A DNA stretch of 64,000 bases from Blastocatellia bacterium (GTDB lineage: Bacteria; Acidobacteriota; Blastocatellia; UBA7656). Position numbers and translations under genes: made by a program. The stretch lies in NCBI GenBank assembly GCA_035607285.1, contig DATNBZ010000204.1, positions 18,850-82,849 on the forward strand, read 5' to 3'. A model generated the notes under the pieces. The model was not told the DNA's origin. It made no database searches and was given only the letters and a program-made list of their open reading frames with translations. Below are positions 7,706 through 16,402 of this stretch, piece after piece (within the stretch, counting starts at the first letter, position 1; each line of letters starts with the position of its first letter).

Positions 7706-10700
7706 CTATCTTGGTGATTGTGCGCGTGCCAGCCTGGCCTTCGGCAAGCTCACAAGGTTCGCTATCAACCGATAAGCCCCCGGCACTCCCTTGGGTAATT
7801 GCCTGAACCACGCGTACGCGGTGTAGACGTAAAGGCCTTTGCCGTATTCGGCGATCACTTCCCCGCCCTTCAAGTCGGGCTCGCCTGGGTCGTGACAAGC
7901 CAGCAACGGTTTGAAGTGCGAATCCCAGTCGCTTAGAAAATAAGCCCCGCGCTCCTGAACCCATCCGTCGAAGTCGCGTTGCGTGATCTTGTTTGGAAAG
8001 TTGAAACGTGGATGATCCGGCTCGAGAATAGTCACCTTGGCGTTCTCATCGGTCACGCGAAAAGGTCTCGCCTCTGGTCTAGGAAACGTCGGGAAGTCGC
8101 CGTTAATAAACTGCTGTTGAGTGTAGGCGAGAATAACAAGCTTTCTGCGCGAGTAGTCGAGCAACTGCGAGTTGTATTGCGTCAGTTCCGGTTTCGAGCT
8201 CGAAGCGGAGCCGACAATAATGACATCAAACTGAGAGAGATCCCCGCCGATGTCAGTCACCGGAAGCGCTTTGGGATCGAGCCCGCCGCTCTTCATCGAC
8301 TGCATCAACGAATCGCTATCGCCGCCGACGTATCCCACTCGCGGCTTCGTTGCCGACTTCGTGAGCGCCCCGGTGATATCAGCTTCGCTCAAGTACATCA
8401 GTCGCGGTTCGCGATCCTGTTGCCGTCCTCTCTGTGCGGGCTGGCGTGAGTTCTCTACTTGTTCGCGGCCGATTCTGTACGGCGCAAAGCCACCCGTCTC
8501 GAAGTTGCCTCTGCTGTATTGCACGATGTAGGCGCCGCCTCGATTCACGTAATCCATCAACCTTGCGTTGTTCGCAATTACGTCCGGCCTCACCTCGTAG
8601 ACGCGCACGCCGGCCACGATGGTGTCATAAACGCTCAAGTCCCCCGACGCGAGTTCCTTCGAGTCGATGGTCTTCACATCGACGCCGATTCGCTTGAGCG
8701 CCGCTCCAAAGTCGTCACCCGAGCCTTCGATGTAACCGACCTTCAAGCCTGGAGCTACCTTGACGTCGATCACTTCGCCTTCAGTTTTTGCCTCGTGATA
8801 GATGAACCGCGGTTCGATATGGGGATACGACACGATTTGATAACCGCTGAGGTACTGCCTGCCATCGATGTTCGCGATCGCCGAGATCGGCTGCCGTGTT
8901 TCGGCGCTTCCGCCGGGCGCCTTCACCATAAATGAGAACGACGCGCGTTCGCCTTCATGCTTAAGCTCGAAGTTCGCCGACGCCGGCGTCGATTGCCAGT
9001 CGTTTGGCTTTTGAAGCGACACCGAACCCCGAACGCCGCCTTTCTGGTTGTTGGTCACAGAGACGCTGACTTCGCGCTCGACGGCAGGAGCAGATTTCGG
9101 GTAGACGAGTATCTCAGGCGAAAGGTTTACCGACACGGCGGGAGCAGCTTTTAGCTCGTGACGAATCTCACCAAGCGCTCGGTCGGCATATCTATACTGA
9201 GACTCCTGAGTAGCCTTCACGTTCGCGCCGTCTATATCAAAGTCCACAACTGCGTTCAACGGAGCGGTGGACATTGGTTCGATTCCGCTCGCGCCCTTAG
9301 CGGGTTTGTCTATGGTGAACATATCCCGCCTCGGTGCGCTGGCGAGCCAGTAAGGCTGTGTAGGTTCGACTTGAGGCCCGACCGTGACGGTGTATTCAGC
9401 CTGCAGAACGAGCCTGCCGTCAACTTCAGAAGTCTTTTCCGATTTCTTATTCACTGTCCAACCGGCCGTTGCGGTCAAACCGAACCCTGAAAGCCTCGCC
9501 GGCGCGTTTGCGTACGCATTGAGCGTCACGGTGAAGGTCTGGCCCGCGGTGACGACTTCATCATCCGTTAGGCAATCGACAACCACGCCTGCTGATTTCG
9601 CGAGCGCGTCTTCGAAGTCGGCTTCTTTTTGCGCGAGGAGCAAATCAGTCTCAGCCCGCTCCGCTTCTGTCATGCTCATCACGGCGCTCGCTTTAAGCTT
9701 CTCGCGGACAGACCTGAGTTTCTGAAGCCCGCTCGCGATGGCGGGAGCTACAAGGTTCGGTTGAAGCGGGTTGTACTTGTTTCTGGCTTCGGCCGCTGCT
9801 GACTGAACATTACTAAGCTCGGCTCGTAACGACTCTGTAGCTTTACCTGCATACGCGGCGATTCCCGAAATTGAAGTGTCGATGTCTTCAAAAATATCTC
9901 TCTCATTTTTGATCGGCCCTAGTTTTGAGTCGATCAATCGAAGGCGCGAGAACCGTGGGCCGCGCGCTTCGATGGTCCCCTGGTCCTGCGAGCGATGCTG
10001 GCTGCGCCCGCGCGCAGCGATCTCGTAGTAGCTGCAGCCAAGCAGCGGATCGAACTCGCCGGTGTTGAGCGACACAGTCGAAAGCGAGGGCAGGAACTCG
10101 CGCGGACTCGCCGCTCCGTCAAAGGAACGAACGTACAGCTTCCTGGCTTGCCAAACTCTCAAACCCTCGCTGATCTGTTCGGGAAACCGCGACGGGTCGG
10201 CGGCCGCCCTATAAGCCTCTTGCGTCAATAACCCCGAAGCCTGATGATGGCCGTGCCCGTCATTGGGAGTACCGCTCCATGCCGAGACGATCACAAGCGG
10301 GCGGAACGTGCGAATGACTCGCACCATATCCGCAAGCACCGCCTCGCGATCCCATTTCGCCAGAGTCTCCGCGCGCGATTTACTGAACCCGAAGTCGAAC
10401 GCTCGCGAAAAGAACTGCTGCGCTCCATCCAGTCTTCGAGCCGCCAGTAGCTCCTCGGTTCGCATCACCCCCAGCGCTTCGTAGAGCTCGGGCCCGATCA
10501 AGTTCTGACCGCCGTCTCCTCTTGTGAGCGAGAGATAAGCCGTCCTCGCTTGCCTGCCTCGAGCAAGGTATGCGAGCAGCCCGCTGTCCTCATCATCGGG
10601 ATGAGCGCCGGTGTGAAGAACGCTTGCGACTACACCGAGCCGTTTGATCGCCTGGCCGAGGGCCATCGCGCCACGGTCTTCGGCGGGCCGGTTGTCCGCC

Positions 10701-10843
10701 AGCGATCGAACCGCCAGCGGCGCCGCAGGCCAAACAATGATTAGCAGCAGTACAAGCGCCGATGAGACCAGTCTCCGAGCTGAGTAAGGAATCACACTGT
10801 GCCTCCAATGATGAAGAAATTCCACTGACGTGAAGTCCGACAA
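7706..10843 (-). CDS. large PIG-L/LmbE family deacetylase fusion protein
   Basis: The N-terminal VLHTGAHPDDEDSGLLAYL motif is typical of LmbE/PIG-L, followed by a long C-terminal extension. The start is probably the GTG at 10795 (GGAGG 6 nt upstream), because 10796-10843 lies inside repeat H. Confidence 0.8.
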   Translation of the reverse strand: MSDFTSVEFLHHWRHSVIPYSARRLVSSALVLLLIIVWPAAPLAVRSLADNRPAEDRGAMALGQAIKRLGVVASVLHTGAHPDDEDSGLLAYLARGRQARTAYLSLTRGDGGQNLIGPELYEALGVMRTEELLAARRLDGAQQFFSRAFDFGFSKSRAETLAKWDREAVLADMVRVIRTFRPLVIVSAWSGTPNDGHGHHQASGLLTQEAYRAAADPSRFPEQISEGLRVWQARKLYVRSFDGAASPREFLPSLSTVSLNTGEFDPLLGCSYYEIAARGRSQHRSQDQGTIEARGPRFSRLRLIDSKLGPIKNERDIFEDIDTSISGIAAYAGKATESLRAELSNVQSAAAEARNKYNPLQPNLVAPAIASGLQKLRSVREKLKASAVMSMTEAERAETDLLLAQKEADFEDALAKSAGVVVDCLTDDEVVTAGQTFTVTLNAYANAPARLSGFGLTATAGWTVNKKSEKTSEVDGRLVLQAEYTVTVGPQVEPTQPYWLASAPRRDMFTIDKPAKGASGIEPMSTAPLNAVVDFDIDGANVKATQESQYRYADRALGEIRHELKAAPAVSVNLSPEILVYPKSAPAVEREVSVSVTNNQKGGVRGSVSLQKPNDWQSTPASANFELKHEGERASFSFMVKAPGGSAETRQPISAIANIDGRQYLSGYQIVSYPHIEPRFIYHEAKTEGEVIDVKVAPGLKVGYIEGSGDDFGAALKRIGVDVKTIDSKELASGDLSVYDTIVAGVRVYEVRPDVIANNARLMDYVNRGGAYIVQYSRGNFETGGFAPYRIGREQVENSRQPAQRGRQQDREPRLMYLSEADITGALTKSATKPRVGYVGGDSDSLMQSMKSGGLDPKALPVTDIGGDLSQFDVIIVGSASSSKPELTQYNSQLLDYSRRKLVILAYTQQQFINGDFPTFPRPEARPFRVTDENAKVTILEPDHPRFNFPNKITQRDFDGWVQERGAYFLSDWDSHFKPLLACHDPGEPDLKGGEVIAEYGKGLYVYTAYAWFRQLPKGVPGAYRLIANLVSLPKARLARAQSPR

Positions 10844-10897
10844 ACTTCAGTTTGTCGCCTCGAGTGCCTGTCTCGACAAACTGAAGTTTGTCGGACT
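10834..10897. repeat. palindromic repeat H (AGTCCGACAAACTTCAGTTTGTCG inverted pair; each arm itself palindromic)
   Basis: gtccgacaaacttcagtttgtcg at 10835-10857 pairs with cgacaaactgaagtttgtcggac at 10874-10896. Confidence 0.85.
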
Positions 10898-10941
10898 GAC
10901 GCAGCTAGATCGTAAGATAGGAAGACGAGAGAGGCAACAGG

Positions 10942-12192
10942 CTACGGCGTTGATAACGATCGTGAACGTCTGATCTGCAGAGCGGCGTCGATGATGCGTT
11001 CGGCGGCTTCGCGCTTCGACAGAAGCGGCAATTCAGTAACACCTTCAGTCGAGACGAGCGCGATGCGATTTGTGTCGACGTCGAATCCTGCGTCCGATGC
11101 CGAAACATCGTTCGCGACAATCAGGTCCGCGCGCTTTTCAGCAAGCTTCTTTTTCGCGTTTGCAATGACGTTCTCCGTTTCGGCGGCAAACCCGACAACG
11201 ATGCGTGAGCCTTTGGCGTTAGTCACCGAAGCAAGGATGTCTTCAGTTCGTTCAAGGTCGAGCGTAATCGCTCTTCCATTCTTTTTCATCTTCTGATGAC
11301 GAACATCCTTCGGTCGATAATCGGCCACCGCAGCCGCCATCACAATCATCGTCGACGCTTCCAGATTATCCTTTACCGCCTCGAACATCTCCGCCGCGGA
11401 ACGAACGGAAATCGTGTGGATGCCCGCAGGCGGCGAGATCGAGACGGGTCCGGTTACGAGAGTAACGAAAGCCCCTCGCGCGAGCGCCGCTTCAGCGACC
11501 GCAAAACCCATCTTGCCCGATGACCGATTGCTCAAGAAACGAACCGGGTCTATCGCCTCTTGAGTTGGTCCGGCGGTGATCAGCAATCGTTCGCCGGACA
11601 ATTCGCCGGACAATTCGCCGACGCTGGCATGAGATTCGGTCGTTACGTTTGGATCGCGTCCGAGCCCGATAAGCTCGCAGGCCCGCCGCACTATCGCCTC
11701 AGGTTCCGCCAGGCGTCCGGCCCCAACGGTCTTGCAAGCGAGGTAGCCCTCTTCGGGATCGACGAACTGAACACCGCGCTCGCGAAGCCGCCTGACGTTT
11801 TCCTGCGTAGCCGGATGAGCCCACATCTCAGAATTCATCGCCGGCGCCACAAGCACCGGGCACGTCGAGGAAATGTAGAGTGTAGAAAGGAAATCGTCGG
11901 CAATACCGTTGGCAAACTTGGCCAGCGTGTTAGCCGTGGCTGGCGCTACCAGCAGGAGGTCGCTCGACTGCGCGAGTTGTATATGCTTGATCTCCGGGTC
12001 ATCAGTCGGCGCGAACATTTCAGTTATGACCGGGGACCCGGAAATAGCCTGGAAGGTAAGCGGCCCTACAAACTCGGTTGCATGCCGGGTCATCACTACC
12101 GTCACGGCGGCGCCGCGCTTCTGGAGCCCGCGCAGAACCTCGACTGACTTGTAGGCCGCGATACAACCGGTGACACCAAGCGCTATGCGCAT
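10942..12192 (-). CDS. coaBC: bifunctional phosphopantothenoylcysteine decarboxylase / phosphopantothenate-cysteine ligase
   Basis: 416 aa. The N-terminal flavoprotein motif is MRIALGVTGCIAAYKSVEVLRGL. A C-terminal CoaB-like region follows (ITAGPTQEAIDPVRFLSNRSSGKMG). Confidence 0.95.
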   Translation of the reverse strand: MRIALGVTGCIAAYKSVEVLRGLQKRGAAVTVVMTRHATEFVGPLTFQAISGSPVITEMFAPTDDPEIKHIQLAQSSDLLLVAPATANTLAKFANGIADDFLSTLYISSTCPVLVAPAMNSEMWAHPATQENVRRLRERGVQFVDPEEGYLACKTVGAGRLAEPEAIVRRACELIGLGRDPNVTTESHASVGELSGELSGERLLITAGPTQEAIDPVRFLSNRSSGKMGFAVAEAALARGAFVTLVTGPVSISPPAGIHTISVRSAAEMFEAVKDNLEASTMIVMAAAVADYRPKDVRHQKMKKNGRAITLDLERTEDILASVTNAKGSRIVVGFAAETENVIANAKKKLAEKRADLIVANDVSASDAGFDVDTNRIALVSTEGVTELPLLSKREAAERIIDAALQIRRSRSLSTP

Positions 12193-12217
12193 GTTTTTCC
12201 TAATACTTCTCCCGGAC

Positions 12218-12306
12218 CATGTACGGGCGTCCCTCCGTGGGCGCCCCTCTCATTCTTGTGTCCGCTTTGGACGAAGGAGGGCCGCCCCTGGGGGACGCCG
12301 GTACAT
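12218..12306. repeat. degenerate copy of palindromic repeat family C
   Basis: atgtacgggcgtccctccgtgggcgcccct pairs imperfectly with agggccgcccctgggggacgccggtacat. Confidence 0.6.
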
Positions 12307-12309
12307 TGT

Positions 12310-12525
12310 TTACTCTGCCTTGGCCGGCTTGACGATTCGTTGATACTGCACCAGGCCTCGCCGAACCTCTTCAATCGCGACGCGGGTCGTCTTCTTAGCC
12401 GGGCTAAAGATTCGCGGTTTCGCTCCTCGTTGAAGCTGCTTGCTGCGTTTTGCAGCAAGCAACACCAGGCGGTACTTGCTGTCGATCTCGGTCGTCCAGT
12501 TTCCTTCTTCGTCTGATTCAGACAT
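12310..12525 (-). CDS. rpoZ: DNA-directed RNA polymerase subunit omega
   Basis: 71 aa with the typical RpoZ motif YRLVLLAAKRSKQLQRGAKPRI. It lies immediately downstream of gmk, as in many bacteria. Confidence 0.9.
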   Translation of the reverse strand: MSESDEEGNWTTEIDSKYRLVLLAAKRSKQLQRGAKPRIFSPAKKTTRVAIEEVRRGLVQYQRIVKPAKAE

Positions 12526-13216
12526 GGAAAGATGCTCCTCCGAAAGTAGTTATTATCGATTCGATCCGATTCCTCTGCCGTTCCGGACGGCGGCGCTCCG
12601 CAATAATTATAGCCTCAAGTTGGGCAAGCGCGCGATCAAGATCGTCGTTCACCACGACGTAGTCGAACCGCTCGTAGAGCTGCACTTCAATTCCCGCGTT
12701 GCACAGCCTGCGCTCGACGTCGGCCGGCTCATTCAAGTTCCTCGCTCGAAGGCGAGCCTCGAGAATCTCGCGGGAAGGCGGCAATATGAAAATCGAAATG
12801 GCGCCAGGAATTCGCCGGCGCACCTGCTCGGCCCCCTGCACGTCGATATCGAGCATCACGTCAAGTCCCCCGGCCAGCATTTCTTCGATCAATCGCTCGT
12901 GACTGCCATAGAGATGGCCGTGGACTTCGGCGCATTCGAGGAACTCACGCCGCTCGCGCATCGATTCAAATTCGACTTCGCTAACGAAATAATAGTCGAC
13001 CCCATGTTGCTCTGCGCCTCGAGGCTCACGAGTAGTGTAAGAGATCGAGAAGCTGAGATTATCAACTCGCTTCAAGAGCCGCTCGGCAAGCGAAGACTTG
13101 CCCGCACCGGACGGCGCCGACACGACTATCAAAGTGCCTCGCTCCATATTGCCCGGGTGACCGGGCGTCGCGGCCTCCGATTGGAAGCTTGCCGATTTCG
13201 GGTTCTCACTCGACAT
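12518..13216 (-). CDS. gmk: guanylate kinase
   Basis: P-loop VVSAPSGAGKSSL and the typical YTTREPRGAEQHGVDYYFVS segment. The start could instead be the internal Met at 13147. Confidence 0.95.
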   Translation of the reverse strand: MSSENPKSASFQSEAATPGHPGNMERGTLIVVSAPSGAGKSSLAERLLKRVDNLSFSISYTTREPRGAEQHGVDYYFVSEVEFESMRERREFLECAEVHGHLYGSHERLIEEMLAGGLDVMLDIDVQGAEQVRRRIPGAISIFILPPSREILEARLRARNLNEPADVERRLCNAGIEVQLYERFDYVVVNDDLDRALAQLEAIIIAERRRPERQRNRIESIITTFGGASFHV

Positions 13217-14081
13217 TCTGACCCTGTTCCCTGAGCTTCTCGACTTCGGTCTTGATTACAATCGCGGCATCGGCGATCGCCAGATCGTTGGACTTCGACA
13301 AAATGGTGTTTGCTTCGCGATTCATTTCCTGGAGGATGAAATCCAGGCGCTTGCCTGCCTCATCTGTGCTGCGAATCAAGTCGCGCAATTGAGTAATGTG
13401 GCTCTTGAGCCGAGCTATCTCCTCGCTGATGTCTGAGCGATCGGCCAACATCACCGCTTCCTGGGCGATTCGCGTTTCATCCACCTGGGCGCCGGAAGCA
13501 ATTTCCTGAAGCCGCCTCATGAGTTTTTCCCGATAGACCGTCGGCAGACGCGCGGCTTCATTCTCAATCGCCGGCATCTGTCGCTCAATATTCTCGAGTC
13601 TCGAATTCAGCTCGGCGGCAAGCTCCTGGCCTTCCACCACTCGCATCTCGGTCAGCGACGTAAGCGCCTGCGACACCGCGGCGACAGTCCCCGAAACGAG
13701 ATTCTCGTCGAGCGCACCTGAATTCTGAGAAACCTGCAAAGCGCCGGATAGTTTCGCAATCAACTCCAACGACGGATCGCCTTCAAGCGCGAACTCGCGC
13801 TTCAGCTCAGACAGGGCTGATAAGTATCCGGAAACCAGCGGCCGGTTGATTTCAAACGTAGCGGGCTTTAACTGCTCAACCGAAACCGTGAGGTCGACTC
13901 GACCGCGCTTGACCGCTGCCTGAACCTGCTTCTTCAGAGTCACCTCGAGACTGGCCAACTCCTGCGGCAGCCGCGTATGCACGTCGATCGCGCGATTGTT
14001 CACCGAACGAATATCCACGCGCACTCGAAAGTCGTCGCCCTCGGCGCTTCCCTGCCCAAATCCGGTCATGCTTTTAATCAT
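13206..14081 (-). CDS. yicC: YicC/YloC family endoribonuclease (stress-induced protein)
   Basis: The N-terminus MIKSMTGFGQG and C-terminus REANTILSKSNDL...IKTEVEKLREQGQNVE are characteristic of the YicC family. Confidence 0.9.
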   Translation of the reverse strand: MIKSMTGFGQGSAEGDDFRVRVDIRSVNNRAIDVHTRLPQELASLEVTLKKQVQAAVKRGRVDLTVSVEQLKPATFEINRPLVSGYLSALSELKREFALEGDPSLELIAKLSGALQVSQNSGALDENLVSGTVAAVSQALTSLTEMRVVEGQELAAELNSRLENIERQMPAIENEAARLPTVYREKLMRRLQEIASGAQVDETRIAQEAVMLADRSDISEEIARLKSHITQLRDLIRSTDEAGKRLDFILQEMNREANTILSKSNDLAIADAAIVIKTEVEKLREQGQNVE

Positions 14082-14086
14082 AAAAA

Positions 14087-14283
14087 GTCAGTCCGTAGTC
14101 CGTGGTCAGTAGTCCGTGGTCAGTGGTCAGTCGTCAGTGGTCAGTGGTCAGTGGTCAGTGGTCAGTCGTCAGTAGCCAGCATCTCCCGTAATAAACGCTA
14201 CTGACTACGGACTACTGACTACGGACTACTGACTGCGGACTACTGACTACGGACTACTGACTACTGACTACTGACTACGGACT
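14087..14283. repeat. hairpin of inverted tandem heptamers (GTCAGTR/GTCCGTR left arm; TACTGAC/TACGGAC right arm), no cargo
   Basis: Left arm about 14087-14174, a 23 nt loop, and right arm about 14198-14283. Confidence 0.95.
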
Positions 14284-16075
14284 CCTCACCGTCAGAAAAC
14301 TGTAAGTCATAAAGGTCGCGATAGATTCCACCCCGCAACATCAACTGATCGTGTGTCCCCGTATCTACGACCCGGCCTCGATCAAGCACGACTATCTTGT
14401 CAGCGCGATGAATCGTCGTCAGACGGTGCGCGATCACGATAGTAGTTCGGTCCTGCATCAAGTTTCCCAGCGCCCGCTGAACCAGCCGTTCGCTTTGCGT
14501 GTCGAGCGCGGAGGTCGCTTCGTCCAGCACCAGAATTGGGGCGTCCTTCAAGATCGCGCGGGCTATTGCGAGCCGCTGCCGTTCGCCTCCTGAAAGCTTA
14601 ACGCCCCGCTCACCAATTAATGTATCATACCCGCCCCGCTCGACAATAAAATCGTGCGCGTATGCAGCCTGAGCCGCCGCTTCTATCTTCGCCCGATCAA
14701 ACCCCGCGCCATCGTAAGCGCCATACGCAATGTTGTTGATGATCGAGTCGTTGAACAAGATTACTTCCTGGGTCACGAGCGCAATCTGCCCGCGCAGGCT
14801 TGCGAGCTTGCCGTCGCGTATGTCGGTGCCATCGATCAATATCCGGCCGATCGTCGGATCATAAAACCTCATCAGCAGATTCGTCAGCGTAGACTTGCCC
14901 GCGCCGGACAATCCAACCAACGCGACGACTTCTCCGCGCTGCACTTCGAGGTTCACGTTCTTGAGTATCCAATCATTCGAATCCTGATACCTGAACGAGA
15001 GGTCCAGAAACTGAATCCGGTCCGCAAGCGGCGCGAGCGCGATGGCGCCGGCCCGATCGCTCTTCTCCGTGTGGGTGTCCAGTAGCGTGTATATCCGGGA
15101 TGTCGCCGCGAAGGACTGCTGAAAATAGTTCTGAATGCGCGAGAGCTTGCGTAATGGGTCGTACATCTGCAGCATTGCGACGATGTATGCGGCAAAGGTC
15201 CCGATGGTCATCTCGCCGGCGGCGATCACCTGTCGTGCATAGAGCAGAAACCCTGCGGCAATCAACACCCCGAGCAGTTCGAGAATAGGCGATGATAAGT
15301 AAACAACTCGCGCGGCTCGGACTTGCGTGCGCGCCAGGTGAAGAAGCGACTGGCGAAACTTGCGCTGCTCGAACTTCTCCATCCCGAACGCATTGACGAT
15401 TCGATAACCCGAGATCGTTTCCTGAGCGATGTCGAGCATGTCCTCGGTTCCCACCTGCGTCGAGTGCGCAATGCGCCGCAAGCGCCTGCCAAACCTCACC
15501 GTGAGCGCGTAGATGAGCGGTCCGACGACGACGATCGCGAGCGTCAGCCGCCAGTTCAGCACGAAGACTAAAGAAAGCAAAGCGAGAAACGTCAGGCCTT
15601 CCCGCAACAGGTCGGCAAGCAAAGTCGAAACGGCGACCTGCACCTTCTCGGCATCGCTGACAATGTGCGAGGTCAGCGTGTTAGTCGGATGCGCGGTGAA
15701 GAACTCGCTCGATTGCTGAAGTATGTGATCATACAAGCGCTGTCGCAGGTCGACGACCGCTCCGACGCCAATGCGCCACATCAAGACGTTGGAAAAATAT
15801 TCCGATGAGCCTCGGATGGCGGTAAATACGACGAGGAGCAATGCGATTAGCGGAAGAGCATTCGTGCCGGCCGGCAAGTAATGGCTTACGTCGATTCGCG
15901 CGGCTAGTCCGCCGCCGGCTACATTAGGATTTCCCGACAGAATATCGATGATGGACTTCAGCAGAGCGGTGCGGCCGGCTTCAAAAATGCCAACCAGCGT
16001 CATCAGTGAAAAGGCCGCGGCAAACAGTCCGGCGTAAGGTCTTACGTTCTTAAGGAGTATGCGGAAGTCGTTCAT
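14261..16075 (-). CDS. ABC transporter permease/ATP-binding fusion protein (MsbA-like exporter)
   Basis: Walker A GLSGAGKST, signature LSGGERQR, Walker B ILVLDEATSALD, and six N-terminal TM segments. The start is set at the MNDFRILL Met (16075), because upstream ORF sequence is repeat B1. Confidence 0.9.
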   Translation of the reverse strand: MNDFRILLKNVRPYAGLFAAAFSLMTLVGIFEAGRTALLKSIIDILSGNPNVAGGGLAARIDVSHYLPAGTNALPLIALLLVVFTAIRGSSEYFSNVLMWRIGVGAVVDLRQRLYDHILQQSSEFFTAHPTNTLTSHIVSDAEKVQVAVSTLLADLLREGLTFLALLSLVFVLNWRLTLAIVVVGPLIYALTVRFGRRLRRIAHSTQVGTEDMLDIAQETISGYRIVNAFGMEKFEQRKFRQSLLHLARTQVRAARVVYLSSPILELLGVLIAAGFLLYARQVIAAGEMTIGTFAAYIVAMLQMYDPLRKLSRIQNYFQQSFAATSRIYTLLDTHTEKSDRAGAIALAPLADRIQFLDLSFRYQDSNDWILKNVNLEVQRGEVVALVGLSGAGKSTLTNLLMRFYDPTIGRILIDGTDIRDGKLASLRGQIALVTQEVILFNDSIINNIAYGAYDGAGFDRAKIEAAAQAAYAHDFIVERGGYDTLIGERGVKLSGGERQRLAIARAILKDAPILVLDEATSALDTQSERLVQRALGNLMQDRTTIVIAHRLTTIHRADKIVVLDRGRVVDTGTHDQLMLRGGIYRDLYDLQFSDGEESVVSSQ

Positions 16076-16170
16076 TACAGCATGTCTGCGGAGGCTCGAG
16101 CTGGTTAAACGAATGATTATACGCGGGAGGTAGTCACCGTCAAGGTCGTCGTTCCTCAAGCGTACTTGGC

Positions 16171-16296
16171 CTCCTTGGCGTGCTTTGCGGCCCTTTGCGC
16201 CTTTGCGTTGAGTATTCTGTATTGAGTATTGGGTATTGAAGGAGCAATATCTAATACTCAACGCAAAGCCGCAAAGGACCGCAAAGCACGCGGAGG
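16171..16296. repeat. palindromic intergenic repeat, family B (arms of GYSCTTTGC-like units)
   Basis: cgtgctttgcggccctttgcgcctttgcgttgagtatt pairs with aatactcaacgcaaagccgcaaaggaccgcaaagcacg. Confidence 0.9.
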
Positions 16297-16402
16297 TTAA
16301 GCAGTGCAGCCGAACACTACCCGCTTGCGCGGCTTTTTCTTTGCTGCTAGAAATTCACTAGCTTAGTTGCACCGGATGTTCCTTCAACGTTTCTAATCAC
16401 GA

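Noticed and set aside
6795-7964. A 389 aa minus-strand ORF.
   Set aside because: It runs antisense to the well-supported S41 peptidase gene. It then crosses the 215 bp palindrome into the 3' end of the PIG-L gene, and its composition is Arg/Ala/Ser-rich and typical of antisense frames.
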